NCBI GenBank assembly: GCA_965203055.1
Contig: OZ241863.1
Location: 864,001 to 928,000 of the forward strand
Reading direction: 5' to 3'
Length of the DNA stretch: 64,000 nucleotides
DNA from: Spirochaetia bacterium
GTDB taxonomy: Bacteria; Spirochaetota; Spirochaetia; SZUA-6; Bin103
Positions 19,042-29,222 of this stretch are shown here, piece by piece. The position numbers and the translations under genes were made by a program. How positions within the stretch are numbered: the stretch's first letter is position 1; each line of letters begins with the position of its first letter. Below the pieces are notes generated by a model. It had not been told where the DNA came from, did not search any database, and saw only the letters and a program-made list of their open reading frames with translations.

Positions 19042-20297
19042 ACGATGAGTTGGTACGTCCGTTTCCACTCAAGCGCTTGAAGCACGTCGTTTCGCTGCGA
19101 AGGTCGCGTGTGGCTGGCATTGGCCACGGTGGGCCATATGTCGGACTGGAGAACATCGAGTCTCGGACCGACAAGTTACTCTCCGGTGCCACTGATGCGG
19201 ACGCGCTTCAGCCGCCACCATTGGGTGCCTCGCCGCTCAGCAATTTCTTCGAGCGGGACGACGTACTCTTCGGCAAGCTGCGTCCTTATCTCGCCAAGAC
19301 ATGGGTCGCTGAGTTTTCCGGCCGGTGCTCCACCGAGCTATTGGTTATGAAGCCCGCCGAGATCGCCCCTGGCTTTCTTCGGTACGTCTGCCTTTGGCCT
19401 GAATTTGTGGACGCGGTGGATGCTTCGACCTTCGGATCGAAGATGCCACGGGCTGATTGGGACTTCATCGGCAATGTGGCCGTTCCGGTACCTGAGAGAC
19501 GCAAGCAGCGGGCGATCGCCGACTACCTTGACAGGGAGACGGCGCGGCTGGATGCGTTGGTTGCGGAACACCGGCGGTTGCTGCACCTGCTGGACGAGAA
19601 GCGCGGCGCGCTTGTCACCGGTGCGGTCATCCGCGGGCTGGATCGCACTGTTCCCTTCGGTGACTCCGGCGTGTCGTGGATAGGGGAGATTCCGGCGCAT
19701 TGGGAACTGTGGAAGCTGGGCCACGTGGCCTTGATCGGGAACGGATCGACCCCCAATCGCGGGCGTCGGGAGGACGGCGACGTTCCGTGGCTCAACAGCA
19801 GTGTCGTGAACCGAGGAGAGGTCACCGGTGCGGAGCAGTTCGTGACGCGGCGGGCGGTGCGGGAGTGCCACCTGCCGATCGTGAAGCGCGGGGCGGTACT
19901 GATCGCTATCACCGGCCAGGGGAAGACGCGGGGCCGCGCGGCCGTTCTCTCTATGGACGCCACGGTCAATCAGCATATCGCGTTCATCAGCTCCGGAGGG
20001 TCGCGCTTGTCGCCGTGGTACTTGAAGTGGACACTTTCCGCCGCCTACGATTACCTCAGAAGCATCAGCGACGACGTTGGCGGCACGAAGGGTGCGCTAA
20101 CCTGCGAGGAACTGGCTAATCTGCGCGTGCCGGTTCCGCCGGCAGCCGAGCAGCGGGAGATCGTGAGGGAGATCGCGGCGCGCACACGGGCGATCGATGA
20201 GTTGGCGGCTGAGGCGGAACGCACGGCAGCTCTTCTCAGGGAGCGGCGCTCGGCTCTGATCGCTGCCGCGGTAACGGGACGAATCGACCTGGGGTGA
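19038..20297 (+). CDS. hsdS: Type I R-M specificity subunit
   Basis: Two TRD/conserved-region repeats: 'KLRPYLAK', 'QRAIADYLDRETARLD', 'DSGVSWIGEIPAHW', 'PPAAEQREI', 'RSALIAAAVTGRID'. Confidence 0.94.
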   Translation: MNDELVRPFPLKRLKHVVSLRRSRVAGIGHGGPYVGLENIESRTDKLLSGATDADALQPPPLGASPLSNFFERDDVLFGKLRPYLAKTWVAEFSGRCSTELLVMKPAEIAPGFLRYVCLWPEFVDAVDASTFGSKMPRADWDFIGNVAVPVPERRKQRAIADYLDRETARLDALVAEHRRLLHLLDEKRGALVTGAVIRGLDRTVPFGDSGVSWIGEIPAHWELWKLGHVALIGNGSTPNRGRREDGDVPWLNSSVVNRGEVTGAEQFVTRRAVRECHLPIVKRGAVLIAITGQGKTRGRAAVLSMDATVNQHIAFISSGGSRLSPWYLKWTLSAAYDYLRSISDDVGGTKGALTCEELANLRVPVPPAAEQREIVREIAARTRAIDELAAEAERTAALLRERRSALIAAAVTGRIDLG

Positions 20298-20304
20298 CTT
20301 CGAT

Positions 20305-20838
20305 ATGAGGGTGACTGATCTGAAGCTCGCTAACGTCCGCTCGATCAAGGCGGCGGAGCTGCGCTTCCAACCAGGGTTCAATTGGTGGTTGGAGACAACG
20401 GCGCCGGCAAGACCACGGTTCTCGAAGCGCTGGCGGTGTGCGTATCGGAATATGTACGCGCCAGTGCGGGAGGCCCGGACGTAAGGCCGTTCAAGAAGGA
20501 TGCGATTCGCATCGGTGCCGCATCCCTGGACGTGGAGTGCGGCTTCGTGGGTAACGGATCGTACCGGTTCGTGCTGCACAAGCATCGCGGACAGAAGGGA
20601 GGGAAAAGGGAGTTTATCGGGAATCAACCTGCCGGCGGCGCCGGGAAGGAGGACGGCTCCGGCGCAGGAGCCGGCTGCACCGATCGAGCGAAGTGGGAGG
20701 GGCGCCCCCTGGGTGTGCTGTACTCGACCGCTCGGGCGCGCCCGGAGGTCGTTGAATAGGTTGATCGACCAGGTCGTCTGCAACGACGCAGAAGTGACGA
20801 GAGTTCGTACTCTTCTTGACTTCGTGGAAGATAGTTAG
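20305..20838 (+). pseudogene. Frameshifted, internally deleted AAA/ABC ATPase (PtuA-like)
   Basis: MRVTDLKLANVRSI...FQPGFN, then a frameshift near 20381 to LVVGDNGAGKTTVLEAL; no Walker B; tail 'NDAEVTRVRTLLDFVEDS*' in another frame. Confidence 0.75.
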
Positions 20839-21108
20839 GCGGCGCTACGGGGGCGACGGTACTATTCGGTCGGACGAACAGCGGTTCAACCAGCAACTGA
20901 ACGACGTTCTGAACCTTAATTTGGCTGGATCAAAAGCCAGCGAAAAGCGATTCTCGACGCGGTGCTCCAGTGGTGGAGGAAACAGCGAGGGGCGGCATCG
21001 AGGCAACTTGTGGAGCGGGAGATCGCACGCCACAGTTCACCGCCGCTCGCTCCATACGTGCAGGTCGCGATCTGGTGGCTGGAGCGGAAGCTGGCTCGGA
21101 GCGCATGA
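20839..21108 (+). pseudogene. C-terminal remnant of an HNH-endonuclease partner (PtuB/TIGR02646-like)
   Basis: 'YGGDGTIRSDEQRFNQQLNDVLNLN' and terminal 'QVAIWWLERKLARSA*' in different frames; no N-terminal HNH core. Confidence 0.55.
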
Positions 21109-21119
21109 TGACGGCGGTG
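21071..21119 (+). repeat. 49-bp imperfect direct repeat, copy 1 (left of rpn)
   Basis: Ungapped match to 22257-22305; core CTCGGAGCGCATGA(T/C)GACGGCGGTG 24/25 identical. Confidence 0.8.
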
Positions 21120-21197
21120 GCCGATCCGCGCGACTCGCCGCCGCGCGCGCCGGCTTGACGCCGGAGCATGGCGAGGCTACGTTCTCTGCCGGGTCTC

Positions 21198-22229
21198 ATG
21201 GCCGAGTATCAGAAGCCGGACCGACCGGAGTCCGCCGCGGCGGAACCGCCGGTCAGCCATCCGCACGATAAGTACTTCTACAGCGTGTTCTCCGACACCA
21301 GGAACGCCGCCGACTTATTGCTCCCTTACCTTCCGCAGGAGGTCGCCCGCACGCTGCGGTGGTCATCGCTCACCCATGTGCCCGGCCGCTTCGTCAGCGA
21401 CGACTGGCGCGGCCGGGAGGCTGACCTGCTGTTCTCGGTCGAGCGGCAGGATTCCGGCCCGCCGGTGCTCGTCTACGTGCTGCTCGAACATCAATCCACG
21501 CCGGACCGGTGGATACGGCTGCGGTTGCTGAACTACTGCCTGATGGCCTGGATGAGGTGGCACCGGGAGCACGAGAACGAGCCGCAGTTGCCGCTGATCG
21601 TGCCGGTGGTATTCTATCAGGGAGCTGAGCCGTGGCGGTATGATCGGCAGTTCGCGGAGCTGGTTGCGGGGGCGGAGTCGGACTGGGGCTGGGTGCCGCG
21701 GTTCGAGCACCTGCTGATCGACCAGACGCGGCAGAGCCCTGAGACAGTGGCGGGAGCGGTGGGAACGCGGTTGGCGCAGCTCACGATGATGGCCACGTTC
21801 CGGGACACCTGGGAGGAGGTGCTGGAACAGGCGGCGCGGTTGATGAGAGAGATTTACCATGTCGACGGGTTCGATGCGGTAGCGCTGCACGTGGAGTACG
21901 TGCTGGCGGCGCAGCCGGAGGAACGGCATCCGGCGTTCGGGGAGGTGCTGCGCCGCAACGTGCCGGGCCGTGGAGGAGAACTGATGAACTACGTGGAACA
22001 GATGGTCGAGCGAGGTCGCCGGGAAGGGATGAGCAACGTGGAACGGATGGTCGAGCAAGGCCGCCAGGAAGGCCGTCAGGAAGGCGAGCTGAGGGGGCGG
22101 TTGCAAGCCGCCCAGGGATTGCTGGGCCGCGATGTCCCGTGGTCGACCATCGAGGCTGCCACCGGTATCGACGAGACCGCCTTCCGGCGCCTCAAGCAGC
22201 AGCTCGACGATAACGGCGCCGCCGAGTGA
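21198..22229 (+). CDS. rpn: Rpn/YhgA-like recombination-promoting nuclease (PD-(D/E)XK)
   Basis: 'HPHDKYF', 'ADLLFSV', 'YVLLEHQS', '[12 protein letters not shown]', C-terminal 'GRQEGRQEG' repeats; alternative ATG at 21168. Confidence 0.92.
   Translation: MAEYQKPDRPESAAAEPPVSHPHDKYFYSVFSDTRNAADLLLPYLPQEVARTLRWSSLTHVPGRFVSDDWRGREADLLFSVERQDSGPPVLVYVLLEHQSTPDRWIRLRLLNYCLMAWMRWHREHENEPQLPLIVPVVFYQGAEPWRYDRQFAELVAGAESDWGWVPRFEHLLIDQTRQSPETVAGAVGTRLAQLTMMATFRDTWEEVLEQAARLMREIYHVDGFDAVALHVEYVLAAQPEERHPAFGEVLRRNVPGRGGELMNYVEQMVERGRREGMSNVERMVEQGRQEGRQEGELRGRLQAAQGLLGRDVPWSTIEAATGIDETAFRRLKQQLDDNGAAE
21984..22229 (+). CDS. Putative internal in-frame small protein RpnS (antitoxin)
   Basis: GGAGGAG (21972-21978) 5 nt before an in-frame ATG, giving [15 protein letters not shown]..., 81 aa. 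Confidence 0.7.
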   Translation: MNYVEQMVERGRREGMSNVERMVEQGRQEGRQEGELRGRLQAAQGLLGRDVPWSTIEAATGIDETAFRRLKQQLDDNGAAE

Positions 22230-22256
22230 TAGGGCGGCCGGGGGGCCGCTTCCCGG

Positions 22257-22305
22257 TCTGGTAGCTGAACCGCTCGGCGACTCGGAGCGCATGACGACGG
22301 CGGTG
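22257..22305 (+). repeat. 49-bp imperfect direct repeat, copy 2 (contains the hsdR start)
   Basis: Match to 21071-21119. Confidence 0.8.
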
Positions 22306-25300
22306 ATGAAGCGGACCGGCGAGGCGGCGTTCGAGACGGTGATCGAAGCGCACCTGCTGGCGAACGGCTACGTGTCGGTTCCCGGTGACGCCTTCGACCG
22401 GGAGCGGGCCATCTTTCCCGCCGCGGCGCTCGACTTCATCCGCCGGACGCAGCCCAAGGAGTGGGGGCGGCTCGAAGCGCTGCTCGGGCCGCAGACCGGC
22501 GCGCAGATCCTGGCCGATCTGTGCTCCTGGATGGACACGCACGGCGCCTTGGCGACGCTCCGGCACGGATTCAAGTGCTACGGCAGGACCTTGTACGCGG
22601 CGTTCTTCAAGGCGGCGCACGATCTGAACCCGGAGCTGAACGCGCGCTACGCCGCCAACCGCACCGGCATCACGCGCCAGCTTCGCTTTTCGCCGCACTC
22701 GCAGCAATCGCTCGACGTGACGCTGAGCGTCAACGGCATTCCGGTCGCCACCCTGGAGCTGAAGAACCCGCTCACCGGACAGACGGTCGCGGACGCCCGC
22801 CGGCAGTACCGCGCGGACCGCGACCCGCGGGCGCCGATCTTCGCCTTCAAGCGGCGCACCCTCGTCCACTTCGCCGTGGATACCGAGTCGGTGCTGATGA
22901 CGACGCGGCTCGCCGGTGACGCCACGCGCTTTCTGCCCTTCGACCGGGGCTGCGCCGGCGGCGCCGGCAATCCTCCCGACCCCGACGGCCGCAGCTACCG
23001 CACCGCGTACCTGTGGGAGGAGGTGCTGCAGCGCGACAGCCTGCTCGACCTGCTGGCGCGCTTCATCCACCTGCAGGCAGCGGAGAAGCGCGACGACCGC
23101 GGCCGCAAGGTGAAGGCGGAGACGATGATCTTTCCCCGCTACCACCAGCTCGAAGCGGTGCGCCTCCTGGTCGCCGCCGCGCGCCGCGAGGGCGTGGGCC
23201 ACAACGCCCTGATCAAGCACTCGGCGGGCAGCGGCAAGAGCAATACCATCGCCTGGCTCACGCATCGCCTGGCGTCGCTGCACGACGCCGGCAACGCCCG
23301 CGTGTTCGACAGCGTGATCGTGGTGACCGACCGCGTGGTGCTCGATCAGCAGCTGCAGGACACCATCTACCAGTTCGAGCACAAGCGCGGCGTGGTGCGC
23401 AAGATCGACGAGGATTCGCGCCAGCTCGCCGAGGCGCTGGAGAGCGCGGCTCCGGTCATCATCACCACGCTGCAGAAGTTCCCCTTCGTCTCCCGACAGC
23501 TTCTCCGCATGGCCGAGGAGCGGGGCGCCGACGCGACCGGGGTGCTGCCGACCCGACGCTGCGCGGTGATCATCGACGAAGCGCACAGCTCCCAGGGGGG
23601 CGAGACCGCGACCGCGCTCAAGGAGGTGCTCGGCGGCGCGGAGCTGCGCGCGGAAGCGACCGCGCGCGCGGCCGGCGAGGGCCTGGAAGGAGAACACGCG
23701 CAGGAGCTGTTCCTGAGCATGGCCAAGCGCGGCCGGCAGCCCAACCTGAGCTGCTTTGCCTTCACGGCGACGCCCAAGCACAAGACGCTCAAGGTGTTCG
23801 GGCGCGGCGGCGAGCCGGTCCACCGCTACCCCATGCGCCAAGCGATCGAGGAGGGATTCATCCTCGACGTCCTGCGGCACTACACCACCTATGCCACCTA
23901 CTACCGGCTGCTCAAGGAGTGCGCGGACGATCCGCAGGTGGAGCGGAAGAACGCCGCCAAGGCGCTCGCGCGCTTTCTGAAGCTGCACCCGCACAACATC
24001 GCGCAGAAGACCGAGATCATGGTCGAGCACTTCCACGCCGTCACCCGCCACCGGATCGGCGGGCACGCCAAGGCGATGGTGGTCACCGGATCGCGGCTGG
24101 AGGCGGTACGCTTCAAGCAGAGCTTCGACCGCTACATCGCGCGCAAGGGCTATCCGATCAAGTCGCTGGTCGCGTTTTCGGGCGTGGTCGAGGACGACCG
24201 GATCGCCGGCGCGGCCTATACCGAGGAGCGGATGAACGCTGGCGTGCGCGAGAAGGAGCTGCCGGAACGCTTCGCGACGCCGGAGTATCAGGTGCTGCTG
24301 GTGGCCGAGAAGTATCAGACCGGCTTCGATCAGCCGCTGCTCCATACGATGTACGTCGACAAGCGGCTCGCCGGCATCCAGGCGGTGCAGACGCTGTCGC
24401 GGCTCAACCGCACCCACCCGCTCAAGGAAGACACCTTCGTCCTCGACTTCGTCAACGACCGCGACGAGATCCGCGCCGCCTTCGCCGCCTACTACGAAGG
24501 CGCGGAGCTGGGCGCCGAGGTCGATCCCGCCCGGATGTACGCGATCAAGGCCGAGCTCGATGCCTCCGGCGTGTACCTTCCCGAAGAAGTCGAACGCTTC
24601 TGCGCCGTGTACTTCAAGCCCCGGCAGCGCCAGAGCGCCGCGGATCATCAGGCGCTCAACGCCGCGCTGGACCCGGCGGCGTCCCGCTTCACCGCGCTCC
24701 TCAAGGAGGATGAAGCGGAGGCCGAGCAGTGGCGCGGCAAGCTGCGCGCGTTGCGCAACCTCTACGGGTTTCTGAGCCAGGTGATCCCCTATCAGGACTC
24801 CGATCTGGAGCGGCTCTACGTCTACCTGCGCCACCTTGCCGTCAAGCTGCCGCGGCGGCGTTCCGGGCCGGCCTACGATTTTGACGACGACGTGCGCCTG
24901 GAGTACTACCGCCTGCAGAAGATCAGCGAGGGCTCGATCGCGCTCGGCTCGGCTGCCGGGCAAGCCCTGGATGGGCCGACCGAGGTCGGCAGCGGCGCCG
25001 CCCGCGAGCAGGAGGTCCCGCTGTCGCGGCTCATCGATATCGTCAACGAACGGTTCGGTACCGACTTCATCGAGGCCGACCAGCTCTTCTTCGACCAGCT
25101 CGTCGCGGCGGCGGCCGCCGATGACGAGCTGCGGCAGACCGCGGCGGTCAATCCCGCAAGCAAGTTCGAGCTGGTGTTCCGCAGCCTGATCGACCGCCTG
25201 TTCGTGGAGCGGATGGACCAGAACGAGGATATCTTCGTCCGCTACATGAACGATGCGCCCTTCAGGCAGGTCGTGAGCGAATGGCTGGCCGCGCAGGCCT

Positions 25301-25878
25301 ACCGGCGGCTCCGGGAGGTTCGGGCCGAAGCGGAAGCGGAGCCGGCGGAGCCCGAACGCTTGCTGATCGTCGCCGGCCGGCCCGAGGAACGCTACGTTAC
25401 CTGCGTGCCCCTGGTCCCCCTGGCGGTGGCCGCCGGCGCCTTCGGCAATCCGCAGACCGTGGCCGCGGAGGATGCCTGGGAGTGGGTGGAGGTCGATACC
25501 GCGCGCCGGCTGCGGCCGGGCATGTTCGTGGCGCAGGTCGCCGGCCGCTCCATGGAGCCGCTGGTTCCCGACGGCGCCTATGCCCTGTTCCGTGCGCCGG
25601 TGGAAGGCACGCGGCAGCGCAAGACCGTGTTGGTTCAGCTGCGCGGCGCCGTCGACCCCGAAACCGGCGCGCGCTACACGCTCAAGCGCTACGCCGGCGA
25701 GCGGGTTGCGGACGGCGATTCCTGGCGCCACGCCAAGATCACGCTGCACCCGGTCAATCCCGAATTCGATCCCATCGTGTTCACCGCCGCGGACGCCGGC
25801 GAGCTGACCGAGGTCGCGGAGCTGGTGGAAGTGCTCGGGTTCACGGCAGCAAGGCGGGCCGGGGACGTCTCCCGATGA
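22291..25878 (+). CDS. hsdR: Type I restriction subunit R with C-terminal LexA/S24 peptidase-like domain
   Basis: Nuclease '[19 protein letters not shown]', 'PRYHQ', 'HSAGSGKS', 'IIDEAH', 'FTATPK', 'TGFDQP'; tail 'LAVAAG...GRSMEP...TLKRY'; start 22291 or 22306. Confidence 0.94.
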   Translation: MTTAVMKRTGEAAFETVIEAHLLANGYVSVPGDAFDRERAIFPAAALDFIRRTQPKEWGRLEALLGPQTGAQILADLCSWMDTHGALATLRHGFKCYGRTLYAAFFKAAHDLNPELNARYAANRTGITRQLRFSPHSQQSLDVTLSVNGIPVATLELKNPLTGQTVADARRQYRADRDPRAPIFAFKRRTLVHFAVDTESVLMTTRLAGDATRFLPFDRGCAGGAGNPPDPDGRSYRTAYLWEEVLQRDSLLDLLARFIHLQAAEKRDDRGRKVKAETMIFPRYHQLEAVRLLVAAARREGVGHNALIKHSAGSGKSNTIAWLTHRLASLHDAGNARVFDSVIVVTDRVVLDQQLQDTIYQFEHKRGVVRKIDEDSRQLAEALESAAPVIITTLQKFPFVSRQLLRMAEERGADATGVLPTRRCAVIIDEAHSSQGGETATALKEVLGGAELRAEATARAAGEGLEGEHAQELFLSMAKRGRQPNLSCFAFTATPKHKTLKVFGRGGEPVHRYPMRQAIEEGFILDVLRHYTTYATYYRLLKECADDPQVERKNAAKALARFLKLHPHNIAQKTEIMVEHFHAVTRHRIGGHAKAMVVTGSRLEAVRFKQSFDRYIARKGYPIKSLVAFSGVVEDDRIAGAAYTEERMNAGVREKELPERFATPEYQVLLVAEKYQTGFDQPLLHTMYVDKRLAGIQAVQTLSRLNRTHPLKEDTFVLDFVNDRDEIRAAFAAYYEGAELGAEVDPARMYAIKAELDASGVYLPEEVERFCAVYFKPRQRQSAADHQALNAALDPAASRFTALLKEDEAEAEQWRGKLRALRNLYGFLSQVIPYQDSDLERLYVYLRHLAVKLPRRRSGPAYDFDDDVRLEYYRLQKISEGSIALGSAAGQALDGPTEVGSGAAREQEVPLSRLIDIVNERFGTDFIEADQLFFDQLVAAAAADDELRQTAAVNPASKFELVFRSLIDRLFVERMDQNEDIFVRYMNDAPFRQVVSEWLAAQAYRRLREVRAEAEAEPAEPERLLIVAGRPEERYVTCVPLVPLAVAAGAFGNPQTVAAEDAWEWVEVDTARRLRPGMFVAQVAGRSMEPLVPDGAYALFRAPVEGTRQRKTVLVQLRGAVDPETGARYTLKRYAGERVADGDSWRHAKITLHPVNPEFDPIVFTAADAGELTEVAELVEVLGFTAARRAGDVSR

Positions 25879-27662
25879 GATTGCTGCACTACCTGGAGAT
25901 CCGGAACTTCAAGCACTTCGGCGCAGGACAGCGCATCGAGCTCGATCACCCGGCGGTGTTGATCGGGCCGAACAACTGCGGCAAGACGACCGCGATCCAG
26001 GCGATCGCGCTGTGGTCGCAGGCGGTCAGAACCTGGTACGAAGCCAAAGGCCGATCCAGGCCGAAAGAGCGAACCGCAACGTCGCTCAACCGCCTGAACA
26101 TCGTCTCCGTTCCGGTGCAGCGCACGCGGTACTTCTGGCACAATACCGCCGTTCGTACCGGCAACCGGGATATTCCGATCCAGATCACGGTCGGAGTTCA
26201 GCGCGGCAACAGCGTCGAGCCGGTGACCATGCGGTTTCGCAATCAAGGCGAGGATCTGGTCTACTGCACGCCGGATGAAGTCACGCTGCGAAATCCCGAT
26301 GCCATCGCGGCGGCGGCCGGATTGAGCGTCCATCTGCTCTATCCGATGTCGGGGATGGAGACCGACGAGCCGATCCTCCAGCCCGGCCGCATCGACTACC
26401 TGCTGGGAAGGGGCCAGACCGCGCAGGTATTGCGGAACCTGTGTCTGCTGGTCTTACAGAACTCCCCGGAAGACTGGCAGGAGATCGTCCGTCTGATCCG
26501 GCGTCTGTTCTCGGTGGAACTGAGCGATCCCACGGAGAACGCCCGCGGCAGCATAGCCCTCTTCTACCGTCAGCCGGCCGTGAGAGAGGCGCTGGAAGTG
26601 TCGGTCGCCGGCCGCGGGCTGCAGCAGTTGCTCCTGATCTTCGCCTACCTCTATTCGCATCGGAACGCGGTGCTCCTGATCGACGAACCGGACGCTCACC
26701 TGGAAATCCTCAGGCAACGGCAGGTGTATGTCCTGCTGAGGGAAATCGCCGCTCAGAACGAATCTCAGGTCGTCCTGGTCACCCACTCGGAAGTCGTGCT
26801 CGAGGAAGCGCTCGGCCGTAACGTCACGCTATTGCTCGGCAGCAAAGCGGACAACCTGGCCGGCAAACCGGAGATCCGCAACGCCCTTACGTACTTCGGC
26901 GCCGAGCACTACGTCCGCGCCGTCCAGCACGGCTACGTGCTCTATGTCGAAGGCACGACCGACCTCGACATCCTGAGAGAATTCGCCATCAGAATCGACC
27001 ACCCGGTGGCAAAGCAATGGGATGAACGGATCAACGCGTTCTACGTCGCCGATGGCCACCCGCACGCCGATCTCGACGCGGAGCTGGAACGGGTCGAAGG
27101 CGGGTATGGACTGACACCGAAGCAGCACTTCTACACGCTGCGCGACCTGGTTCCCGGGCTGAGCGGCCTTGCCATCCTCGACGACGATGGACGGGCGCGG
27201 CAGGACTCCGACGAGGGAGGTCTCCGCACCGTCTATTGGAAGCGTTATGAGGCGGAGAACTACTTCGTCACGCCCGAGGCGCTTCGGCGTCACGTTGCCG
27301 AGCACTACGGGACCGGGTTGTTCTCGAACGCGGCCGAAGAAGTTCTCGATGCGCTGATCCGCGAACGCGTCTTCGATGCCCGGCAGTTCGCCGCCTGGAA
27401 GGGCGCCGACGCCGATACGGCTCAGGTGTTGTGGGATGCTAGGACGGAGCGCCTGAAGCTGAGCGAGTTTGCCGAGGAGTTCTTTCGCCGCCTGGGTCAA
27501 CGCCTGGGACACTCGATGCTGCTCAGGAAGGGAGAACTGTACCGCCTCATCCGCCGCGTGGATCCCGCCTCCATACTGCTGGAAGTAGAACAGAAGCTCG
27601 ACCTCATGCAGGCGCTCTTCAATCGCTCCAGGCATGGCGCTGGCGGCGGGCGCGCCCGATGA
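25875..27662 (+). CDS. ABC-type ATPase with C-terminal TOPRIM-like domain (OLD-like, stand-alone)
   Basis: 'IRNFKHF', GPNNCGKT, 'LIDEPDAHL', 'VTHS', 'LYVEGTTD', 'ILDDD', 'EAENY'; ATGA overlap with the hsdR stop. Confidence 0.85.
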   Translation: MRLLHYLEIRNFKHFGAGQRIELDHPAVLIGPNNCGKTTAIQAIALWSQAVRTWYEAKGRSRPKERTATSLNRLNIVSVPVQRTRYFWHNTAVRTGNRDIPIQITVGVQRGNSVEPVTMRFRNQGEDLVYCTPDEVTLRNPDAIAAAAGLSVHLLYPMSGMETDEPILQPGRIDYLLGRGQTAQVLRNLCLLVLQNSPEDWQEIVRLIRRLFSVELSDPTENARGSIALFYRQPAVREALEVSVAGRGLQQLLLIFAYLYSHRNAVLLIDEPDAHLEILRQRQVYVLLREIAAQNESQVVLVTHSEVVLEEALGRNVTLLLGSKADNLAGKPEIRNALTYFGAEHYVRAVQHGYVLYVEGTTDLDILREFAIRIDHPVAKQWDERINAFYVADGHPHADLDAELERVEGGYGLTPKQHFYTLRDLVPGLSGLAILDDDGRARQDSDEGGLRTVYWKRYEAENYFVTPEALRRHVAEHYGTGLFSNAAEEVLDALIRERVFDARQFAAWKGADADTAQVLWDARTERLKLSEFAEEFFRRLGQRLGHSMLLRKGELYRLIRRVDPASILLEVEQKLDLMQALFNRSRHGAGGGRAR

Positions 27663-27754
27663 GATCACGCTGCGAAGTCCCGACGGGGTCACGCGGTATC
27701 CGTTCCGGCGCCTGTTCTTCGTCGCGGTCCGCCGCTGACCGGCTTGGCCGCCGG

Positions 27755-29215
27755 CTACGGCGCGGCGCCGGGCAGGGTGACGTCGGGGAGCGGAAACCGG
27801 TCGCCGGTGGCCTCGATCCAGTGCGCGAGCAGGGCGTGGCAGCGCTCCTTCTGCTCCTGGAACGAGAGATCGTAGACGCAGTTGGCCTGCTCGTAGGGGT
27901 CGTTGGCGGTGTCGAACAGGAGCCAGTCGTTGCCGGGGGTGCAGGCGTACTTCCAGCCGTCGCGGGTCACCACCCCGCGCCACGGGCGGTGCACGGTGCG
28001 GGGCTGCAGCTTGGGCGGAATCTGCTGCAGAAACGCGCTCTGCGGTTCCGCCTCCGGCTGCGGCGCGGCGCGGTACTCCGGCGCGTCCGGCAGGATGCAA
28101 TGGGCGGAGTAGTCGTGCCCGGCCATGCCGCCGGGAACGTCGATGTTGCAGAGTCCGAGGCTGGTGGGCGCGATGTCGACGTGATTGAGCACCGCGCCGC
28201 TGGCGCCCACCGGCATGTGATAGGCGCCGCCCGCGCGGTGGACGATGAACGGAATCCTGATCGCCTCCTCCCAGGGGGCGGACTTCCCGTACTGGCCGTG
28301 GCTGCCGAGCATGTCGCCGTGGTCCGAGAAGAACACCACGTAGGTGTCGCGGTCGACGCCCATCTGCGTCAACGCCTGGCGGATGCGGCCGATGTTGTAG
28401 TCCAGATTCTCGATCATCGCGTAGTAGCCGGCGAGTTGGAGGCGGGCGCGCGCCCGGATGGCCGGCGCCGCCGGCACGTTGGGCCGCAGGCGGAGGCTGG
28501 CCGGGTGGATGCGCGGCGCGCCGTAGGCGGGGTTGGTGGGCGGCACGGTGGGGCCGTGCGGCGGCTGCACCGAGAGCACGGCGAAGAATGGCTGGTAGGC
28601 GGGGCCGGCGTCGGCCGGGGTCAGCGCGCCGCCCGCTTCGGCCCGGCGCCGGCCGCCGCCCACGTGGCTGCGCAGGTGGTCGATGAGCAGGTCGCTCAGG
28701 GCGTCGGTCTCGTAGCCGGGCAGCCGCTGCGGCCCCTCGCCGTCGCTGCCGTGCACGTAGCAGTCGTGCTGGTTGTTGTTGTTCTCGTAGCCCATCCAGT
28801 AGCGAAAGCCGCCGCGCCGCTCCGGGGGCACGTAGTGCGTGCGGTCGTTGCTGCCGTCCAGGTGCCACTTGCCGACGTACGCGGTGTGGTAGCCGGCGGC
28901 GGCGAACGCATGCGCCGCGGTGGGGAACTCCGGCGCCAGCGGCGACGGGGTGCGCACGGCGCCGGTCTGATGCGGGTAGCGGCCGGTAAGCAGCGCGGCG
29001 CGAAACGGCGTGCACCACGGCGCGCCGGCCACCGCGCAGTCGAAGCGCATGCCCTCCCGCGCCAGATTGTCGATGTTGGGCGTGAACACGTTGTCGTCGC
29101 CGCGGTAGCTGGTGGCGTGGGCGCGGTGCTGGTCGCCGAAGATCCACAGCACGTTCGGCGGCCGCGGGGTGCGCAGGGTGAGGCGTTCGCTCACGGATTT
29201 GCCCTCGGTGTCCAT
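27755..29215 (-). CDS. Sulfatase (formylglycine-dependent)
   Basis: 'PNVLWIFGDQHR', CxPxR motif 'CTPFRAALLTGRY', 'GKWHL', 'SDHGD'. Confidence 0.93.
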   Translation of the reverse strand: MDTEGKSVSERLTLRTPRPPNVLWIFGDQHRAHATSYRGDDNVFTPNIDNLAREGMRFDCAVAGAPWCTPFRAALLTGRYPHQTGAVRTPSPLAPEFPTAAHAFAAAGYHTAYVGKWHLDGSNDRTHYVPPERRGGFRYWMGYENNNNQHDCYVHGSDGEGPQRLPGYETDALSDLLIDHLRSHVGGGRRRAEAGGALTPADAGPAYQPFFAVLSVQPPHGPTVPPTNPAYGAPRIHPASLRLRPNVPAAPAIRARARLQLAGYYAMIENLDYNIGRIRQALTQMGVDRDTYVVFFSDHGDMLGSHGQYGKSAPWEEAIRIPFIVHRAGGAYHMPVGASGAVLNHVDIAPTSLGLCNIDVPGGMAGHDYSAHCILPDAPEYRAAPQPEAEPQSAFLQQIPPKLQPRTVHRPWRGVVTRDGWKYACTPGNDWLLFDTANDPYEQANCVYDLSFQEQKERCHALLAHWIEATGDRFPLPDVTLPGAAP

Positions 29216-29222
29216 TTGTCCG

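Noticed and set aside
20305..21108. Retron (ATPase+HNH effector type)
   Set aside because: No reverse transcriptase or msr/msd-like region in the window; treated as a Septu-like remnant.
21198..22229. rpn as an IS transposase
   Set aside because: No terminal inverted repeats or DDE motif; the family is PD-(D/E)XK nucleases.
22192..25749. 1185-aa minus-strand ORF and many similar antisense or alternate-frame ORFs across the window
   Set aside because: Shadow ORFs of well-supported genes with R/G/A/P-rich, motif-free translations.
25281..25874. N-terminal extension of the ATPase-TOPRIM ORF
   Set aside because: Overlaps the hsdR S24 domain; ATG 25875 with an ATGA overlap is the natural start.
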